NCBI GenBank assembly: GCA_963843975.1
Contig: CAWJMG010000003.1
Span: forward strand, 90,001-122,000
DNA from: an uncultured Actinomycetes bacterium
GTDB lineage: Bacteria; Actinomycetota; Actinomycetes; S36-B12; CAIYMF01
Direction: 5' to 3'
Length of the DNA stretch: 32,000 bases
The notes beneath the pieces are model-generated. The model was not told the DNA's origin. It saw only the letters and a list, made by a program, of their open reading frames with translations, and ran no database searches. Positions 27,373 to 32,000 of this stretch are shown here, piece by piece. Position 1 is the stretch's first letter, and each line of letters starts with the position of its first letter. The translations under genes were made by a program, and so were the position numbers.

Positions 27373-28771
27373 CTAGAGGATGTTCATGCCCTCGGTGAGG
27401 ACGGTGCGCAGGATCTGCTCGATCTCGTCGAACTCCGGCTGGCCGATGGTCAGCGGCGGCGCGAGCTGGACGACGGGGTCGCCACGGTCGTCGGCGCGGC
27501 AGTAGAGGCCGGCGTCGAAGAGCGCCTTGGACAGGAAGCCGCGCAGCAGGCGCTCGGCCTCGTCGTCGTTGAACGTCTCCTTGGTCGTCCTTGTCCTTCA
27601 CGAGCTCGATGCCGTAGAAGTACCCGGCGCCGCGCACGTCGCCCACGATCGGCAGGTCGAGCAGCTTGGACAGCGTGCCCTTGAAGGCGGCCTCGTTGTC
27701 GCGCACGTGCTGGTTGAGGCCCTCGCGCTCGAAGACGTCGAGGTTGGCCAGCGCCACCGCGGCCGAGACCGGGTGCCCGCCGAACGTGTAGCCGTGGGCG
27801 AAGTAGTTCGAGCCGTGCTTGAACGGCTCGAACAGGCGGTCGCTGGCGATCATGGCACCGATGGGCGCGTACCCGGAGGTCATGCCCTTGGCGCACGTGA
27901 TGATGTCCGGCGTGACGCCGAACCGCGACATCGCGAACATCTCGCCGATCCGGCCGAACGCGCAGATCGTCTCGTCGGCGACCATCAGCACGTCGTACTG
28001 GTCGCAGATCTCGCGCACGCGCTCGAGGTAGCCGGGGGGCGGCGGGAAGCAGCCGCCCGAGTTCTGCACCGGCTCGAGGAAGACGGCGGCCACGGTGTCG
28101 GGGCCCTCGAACTCGATGGCCTCTGCGATGCGGTCAGCGGCCCAGCGCCCGAACGCCTCGATGTCGTCGCCGTGCTGCTGCGCCCGGTAGAAGTTGGTGT
28201 TCGGCACCTTGTGCGTGCCGGGCACCAGCGGCTCGAAGTACTTCTTGGCGTCCGGGATGCCGGTGATCGACAGCGCGCCCTGCGGCGTGCCGTGGTAGGC
28301 CACGTTGCGGCTGATCACCTTGTGCTTCATGGGCTTGCCGGTCAGCTTGAAGTACTGCTTGGCGAGCTTCCAGGCGGTCTCGACGGCCTCGCCGCCACCG
28401 GTGGTGAAGAAGACACGGTTGAGGTCGCCGGGCGTGTACTGCACGAGGCGCTCGGCCAGCTCGATCGCGGCCGGGTGGGCGTACGACCACAGCGGGAAGA
28501 ACGCGAGCTCGGACATCTGCTTCTGCGCAGCCGCGGCCAGCTCGGTGCGGCCGTGGCCGGCCTGCACGGTGAACAGGCCGGCTAGGCCGTCGATGTAGCG
28601 GTTGCCCTGGTCGTCCCAGATGTGGTGGCCCTCGCCCCGCACGATGATCGGGACGTGCCCGCCCTCCTCGTAGACGGAGTGGCGGGTGAAGTGCATCCAC
28701 AGGTGGTCACGGGCCTTGTCGGCCAGCTTGTCGTCGCCAGGCTCGCTCACGTACTGCGGTGACGTGGTCAT
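27373..28771 (-). pseudogene. class III (omega) aminotransferase, frame broken by one extra base at about 27586
   Basis: From the ATG at 28771 the sequence reads MTTSPQYV...FTTGGGEAVETAWKLAKQY...VADETICAFGRIGEMFA...ITCAKGMTSGY (PLP lysine region)...YFYGIELVKDKD. The next frame then continues TKETFNDDEAERLLRGFLSKALFDAGLYCRADDRGDPVVQLAPPLTIGQPEFDEIEQILRTVLTEGMNIL to a stop at 27373. About 465 aa after correction. Confidence 0.85.
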
Positions 28772-29223
28772 CGGGTACCCCAGGTGTAGATCTGCTTGCG
28801 GAGCTTCAGGTAGACGAAGGTCTCCGTGTTTCGCACGCCTGGGATGGCCCGGACGCGGCGGTTGACCACCTCGAGAAGGTGGTCGTCGTCCTCGCACACG
28901 ACTTCGGCGAGGATGTCGTAGCCGCCCGCGGTGATGACGAGGTAGTCGACCTCGGTCATGGCGGCCATCGCCTCGGCGACGGTCTCGACGTCCCCGTCGC
29001 ACCGCACTCCGAGCATCGCGGCGCGCGGGAACCCGACCTGCATGGGGTCGGTGACGGCGACGATCTGCATGACACCGGACTCGATGAGCCGCTGGACGCG
29101 CTGGCGCACGGCTGCCTCGGAGAGGCCGACGGCCTTCCCGATGGCTGCGTACGGCCGACGGCCGTCCTCCTGCAGCTGCTCGATGATGGCCTTGCTCACG
29201 TCGTCGAGGTGGGCGATGGCCAT
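28768..29223 (-). CDS. Lrp/AsnC family transcriptional regulator
   Basis: LDDVSKAIIEQLQEDGRRPYAAIGKAVGLSEAAVRQRVQRLIESGVMQIV is the HTH, followed by an AsnC-type ligand domain. The stop overlaps the aminotransferase ATG (ATGA). An alternative ATG is at 29250. Confidence 0.85.
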   Translation of the reverse strand: MAIAHLDDVSKAIIEQLQEDGRRPYAAIGKAVGLSEAAVRQRVQRLIESGVMQIVAVTDPMQVGFPRAAMLGVRCDGDVETVAEAMAAMTEVDYLVITAGGYDILAEVVCEDDDHLLEVVNRRVRAIPGVRNTETFVYLKLRKQIYTWGTR

Positions 29224-29278
29224 GCGCTCCCGTGTCACCACGTCTCGCATCGTGGGGGATCGACAGGGGGCTTGGCAA

Positions 29279-29351
29279 GCGAATCCGTGGCGATTCCGGC
29301 GATTCGTTGCGGATTCGGTGGCAAATGGGCCTTTGCTCTGTCGAGAATCGC
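29279..29351. promoter_or_regulatory. cluster of GATTC/GAATC-containing repeats in the lrp / aldehyde dehydrogenase divergent region (candidate Lrp sites)
   Basis: GCGAATCC (29279), GCGATTCC (29290), GCGATTCG (29299), GCGGATTCGG (29309) and GAATCGC (29345). CGAATCCG and CGGATTCG form an exact 8-bp inverted repeat. The GATTC cores are spaced 9-11 bp apart. Confidence 0.4.
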
Positions 29352-29478
29352 ACCTGGCGGTTAGGGTGTGCGCAGCCGGGCCGGCCACCTGTGGCACCCG
29401 GAGGAACTCCTGCGCCCACCGCGTGCGCGAGCATGGTCGGGCAGCACCGCCGTCGCCACCGAACTCGAGAGGAAGATC

Positions 29479-30846
29479 ATGACCGACTACGCCGTCGTGA
29501 ACCCTGCGACCGGCTCCGTCCTCAAGGAGTACCCGACGATCGGCGACGCCGATCTCGACAACGCCGTGGCGCGCGCTCACGCCGCCCGCGGGTCGTGGGG
29601 CCGGGACACCACCGTCGCCGAGCGTGCCGCGGTCATCCGCCGGGTCGCCCAGCTGCACGAGGAGCGCAAGCAGGAGCTCGGCGAGATCATCTCCCGCGAG
29701 ATGGGCAAGCCCGTGGCCCAGGGCGTCGGCGAGGTCGAGTTCAGCGCCGCCATCTACGAGTACTACGCCGACAACGCCGAGAAGTTCCTGGCCGACGAGC
29801 CGATCGAGCTGCTCGCGGGGGAGGGCACCGCGGTCATCCGTCGCAGCCCCGTGGGCGTCCTGCTCGGGATCATGCCGTGGAACTTCCCGTACTACCAGGT
29901 CGCGCGCTTCGCGGGCCCGAACCTCATCATCGGCAACACCGTGCTGCTCAAGCACGCGCCGCAGTGCCCGGAGTCGGCCGCCGCGATGGAGCAGATCTTC
30001 CGTGACGCCGGCGTGCCCGCCGACGCGTACATCAACATCTACGCGACCAACGACCAGGTCTCGAAGCTCATCGCCGACCCTCGGGTGCAGGGCATCTCGC
30101 TGACCGGCTCGGGCCGTGCCGGTGCTGCCGTCGCCGAGCAGGCCGGGCGCCACCTGAAGAAGGTCGTCCTCGAGCTGGGTGGCAGCGACCCGTTCATCCT
30201 GCTGGGCACCGACGACATGGACGCGACCGTCGAGGCCGCCACCGCCGCGCGCATGGACAACGCCGGCCAGGCCTGCAACGCCGCGAAGCGCTTCATCGTC
30301 CTCGAGCACCTCTACGACGAGTTCGTCGAGAAGTTCACCGCCTCCGTCACCACGATGCAGTACGGCGACCCGGCGGCGGAGGACACCGCCTACGGCCCGC
30401 TCTCCTCCGCGCTCGCGGCGGACCGCCTCGAGGAGCAGGTGAGGCAGGCGACGGCTGACGGCGCCGAGCTCGTCGGCGGCTCGCGCGAGGGCAACTTCGT
30501 GCAGGGCGGCGTGCTCACCAACGTGCAGCCCGGCAACTCGGCGTACGGCCAGGAGCTCTTCGGCCCCATCGCGCAGGTCTACAAGGCTGCCGACGAGGCC
30601 GACGCGATCCGCCTTGCCAACGACACCGAGTACGGCCTGGGCAGCTACGTCTTCACCAACGACCCGGAGCAGGCCGCCCGAGTCGCCGACCAGATCGAGG
30701 CCGGCATGGTCTTCGTCAACTGCGTCGGCGCCGACGGCGTCGAGCTGCCGTTCGGCGGCATCAAGGCCTCGGGCTTCGGCCGCGAGCTCGGCCGGTTCGG
30801 CATGGAGGAGTTCGTCAACAAGAAGCTCATCCGCGTCAACGCCTGA
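29479..30846 (+). CDS. NAD(P)-dependent aldehyde dehydrogenase (succinate-semialdehyde dehydrogenase-like)
   Basis: 455 aa with MPWNFPYYQV, ELGGSDPFIL (catalytic Glu), NAGQACNAAKRF (catalytic Cys) and PFGGIKASGFGRE. The ATG at 29479 has GAGAGGAAG upstream. The upstream in-frame extension from 29368 is unlikely. Confidence 0.85.
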   Translation: MTDYAVVNPATGSVLKEYPTIGDADLDNAVARAHAARGSWGRDTTVAERAAVIRRVAQLHEERKQELGEIISREMGKPVAQGVGEVEFSAAIYEYYADNAEKFLADEPIELLAGEGTAVIRRSPVGVLLGIMPWNFPYYQVARFAGPNLIIGNTVLLKHAPQCPESAAAMEQIFRDAGVPADAYINIYATNDQVSKLIADPRVQGISLTGSGRAGAAVAEQAGRHLKKVVLELGGSDPFILLGTDDMDATVEAATAARMDNAGQACNAAKRFIVLEHLYDEFVEKFTASVTTMQYGDPAAEDTAYGPLSSALAADRLEEQVRQATADGAELVGGSREGNFVQGGVLTNVQPGNSAYGQELFGPIAQVYKAADEADAIRLANDTEYGLGSYVFTNDPEQAARVADQIEAGMVFVNCVGADGVELPFGGIKASGFGRELGRFGMEEFVNKKLIRVNA

Positions 30847-30860
30847 TCCGCTCCACGTAC

Positions 30861-30892
30861 GACGGCCCGCACCCACCAGGGTGCGGGCCGTC
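30861..30892. terminator. bidirectional terminator hairpin between convergent genes
   Basis: GACGGCCCGCACCC-ACCA-GGGTGCGGGCCGTC is a perfect 14-bp stem with a 4-nt loop. It lies 15 nt after the aldehyde dehydrogenase stop and 5 nt from the MFS stop. Confidence 0.7.
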
Positions 30893-30896
30893 GCCG

Positions 30897-32000
30897 TCAG
30901 GAGCTGCGTTGCTCCGCGGTCTCGGCGTGGGCGATGTGGGAGAGCTGGCGCCACACGAGGGCGAGGGTGATGCCGGCGCCGACGAAGGCGAACCAGAACG
31001 GCGCGGTCAGCCCCCAGGTCTCAGCGATCCAGCCGCCGAGCGCCTGCCCGATCACGATGCCGCCGAAGACGCAGACCATGTAGACGCTGCCGACCCGGCC
31101 CTGCAGGGCCGTGGGCGTCGCGCGCTGACGCACCGTGGTCGAGACGGCACCCCACACGAAGGCGTACGCCCCGAACACCACCATGATCGCGATCGCCACC
31201 GCACCGGACGGTGCCAGCGCGAGGGAGAGGTGGGTGACCACCTCGAGCAGCAGGCAGGTGCGCATCACAGTGGCGAGGTCGAAGCGCCGTTCGATCCAGT
31301 CGTAGGAGCTCGTGCTCACGAGACCACCTACCGCTGCGGCGGAGGTCAGGAGCCCGTAGCCCACGGGACCCATGTGCAGGTGGTCGAGGGCGTAGAGCAC
31401 GAGCACAGACCAGGCGGCACCCCAGGTGATGTTGAACGCGACGATGACGATCGCGAGGGTGCGGACGGCGTCGTGGTGCCAGACCCAGCGCAGGCCCTCG
31501 CGGATGTCGCGCAGCACGTGCGTCTGCTCGTCGCCGCGGACACCGCCCTTGGGCAGCGCGATGCGCGCGACCAGGACGACGGAGAACGCCACGAGCACGC
31601 CCTGGGTCACGAACGGCCACGCGATGCCCGCGGCGAACAGGAACGCGCCGACCGGCGGCCCGACGATCTGGTTGGCCACGAGGAAGCTGCCCTGGAAGCG
31701 GGCGTTGCCGACACCGAGGTCCTCGGGCGCCACGAGCATCGGCAGCAGGGTCTGGGACGACGTGTCCGCGAAGACCTCCGCGACGCCGAGCAGGAGCATC
31801 GCCCCGAGGACGACTCCGACGCTCACGTGCCCGGTGACGATGAAGGTCGCGAGCACAGCCAGCACGACCGCGCGGGCGGCGTCCGACGCCATCACCAGGC
31901 GCTTGCGGTCGACGCGGTCTGCGATCGCACCGGCGTACAGGCCGAGGACGAGCCAGGGGAAGCGCTGCAGCAGGGCCGCGAGCGCGACCAGGAACGCGTT
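30897..32000 (-). CDS. MFS transporter (5' end outside the window)
   Basis: The frame stays open to the window edge (..NAFLVALAALLQRFPWLVLGLYAGAIADRVDRKRLVMASD..), and the AIADRVDRKR loop is MFS-like. Multiple TM helices continue through the C-terminus. Confidence 0.75.
   Translation of the reverse strand, partial: NAFLVALAALLQRFPWLVLGLYAGAIADRVDRKRLVMASDAARAVVLAVLATFIVTGHVSVGVVLGAMLLLGVAEVFADTSSQTLLPMLVAPEDLGVGNARFQGSFLVANQIVGPPVGAFLFAAGIAWPFVTQGVLVAFSVVLVARIALPKGGVRGDEQTHVLRDIREGLRWVWHHDAVRTLAIVIVAFNITWGAAWSVLVLYALDHLHMGPVGYGLLTSAAAVGGLVSTSSYDWIERRFDLATVMRTCLLLEVVTHLSLALAPSGAVAIAIMVVFGAYAFVWGAVSTTVRQRATPTALQGRVGSVYMVCVFGGIVIGQALGGWIAETWGLTAPFWFAFVGAGITLALVWRQLSHIAHAETAEQRSS

Noticed and set aside
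3267-28771. Programmed ribosomal frameshifting as the explanation for the five frame breaks.
   Set aside because: I saw no slippery heptamer, no shared stimulatory structure, and no precedent for recoding in these families. The breaks require a -1 correction at unrelated sequence contexts, apart from the two GAGGCTC sites.
29251-30954. The upstream 570 codons of the 728-aa minus ORF 28768-30954.
   Set aside because: Only the last about 151 codons (28768-29223) look like a protein (Lrp/AsnC). The rest is antisense to the well-supported aldehyde dehydrogenase gene and crosses the intergenic repeat array.
1-32000. A search by eye for CRISPR arrays, tandem or direct long repeats, IS inverted repeats, tRNA/rRNA genes and toxin-antitoxin-sized gene pairs.
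   Set aside because: None was found. Intergenic regions are short (mostly under 180 nt) and are accounted for by promoters, leaders and hairpins. The only small orphan gene (18535-19006) is solitary.

Overview
High-GC actinobacterial chromosome segment. About 1-16.3 kb is a conserved core block, mostly on the + strand: lepB (partial), two NUDIX hydrolases, rnhB, pirin, DUF2469, yraN, comM/yifB, dprA, xerC and a WhiG/FliA-type sigma factor. A minus-strand lipoprotein PQQ-type sugar dehydrogenase and an M23 peptidase follow, then rpsB-tsf-pyrH-frr-cdsA-rlmN. This gene order matches what I recall for Mycobacterium and Streptomyces. About 16.4-32 kb is metabolic and accessory. It holds a PrpE/Acs-type acyl-CoA synthetase and an orphan small gene bracketed by two long hairpins. 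Next is a translationally coupled operon (glutaryl-CoA-dehydrogenase-like ACAD, family III CoA-transferase, GntR) with a perfect 12-bp palindrome in its promoter. After that come a DM13 protein, several DUF proteins, and an Lrp-associated omega-amine catabolic cluster (class III aminotransferase, PNPOx-like protein, FAD oxidoreductase, cupin, divergent aldehyde dehydrogenase). The window ends in a partial MFS transporter. I saw no rRNA, tRNA, CRISPR array, transposase or phage gene. Three observations stand out. (1) Five otherwise well-conserved genes each need a single-base correction to read through, and two of the extra bases sit in the identical 10-mer TCGAGGCTCG; this looks more like consensus error than biology. 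(2) The M23 peptidase leader contains a candidate c-di-AMP (ydaO/yuaA-class) riboswitch. (3) Several regulatory-looking sites are present: the ATTGGATCCAAT palindrome, a GATTC/GAATC array next to lrp, and nested perfect hairpins. I found no convincing evidence for a novel multi-gene system such as a defence island. All family calls come from motif recognition by eye in the translated ORFs; no search was run.
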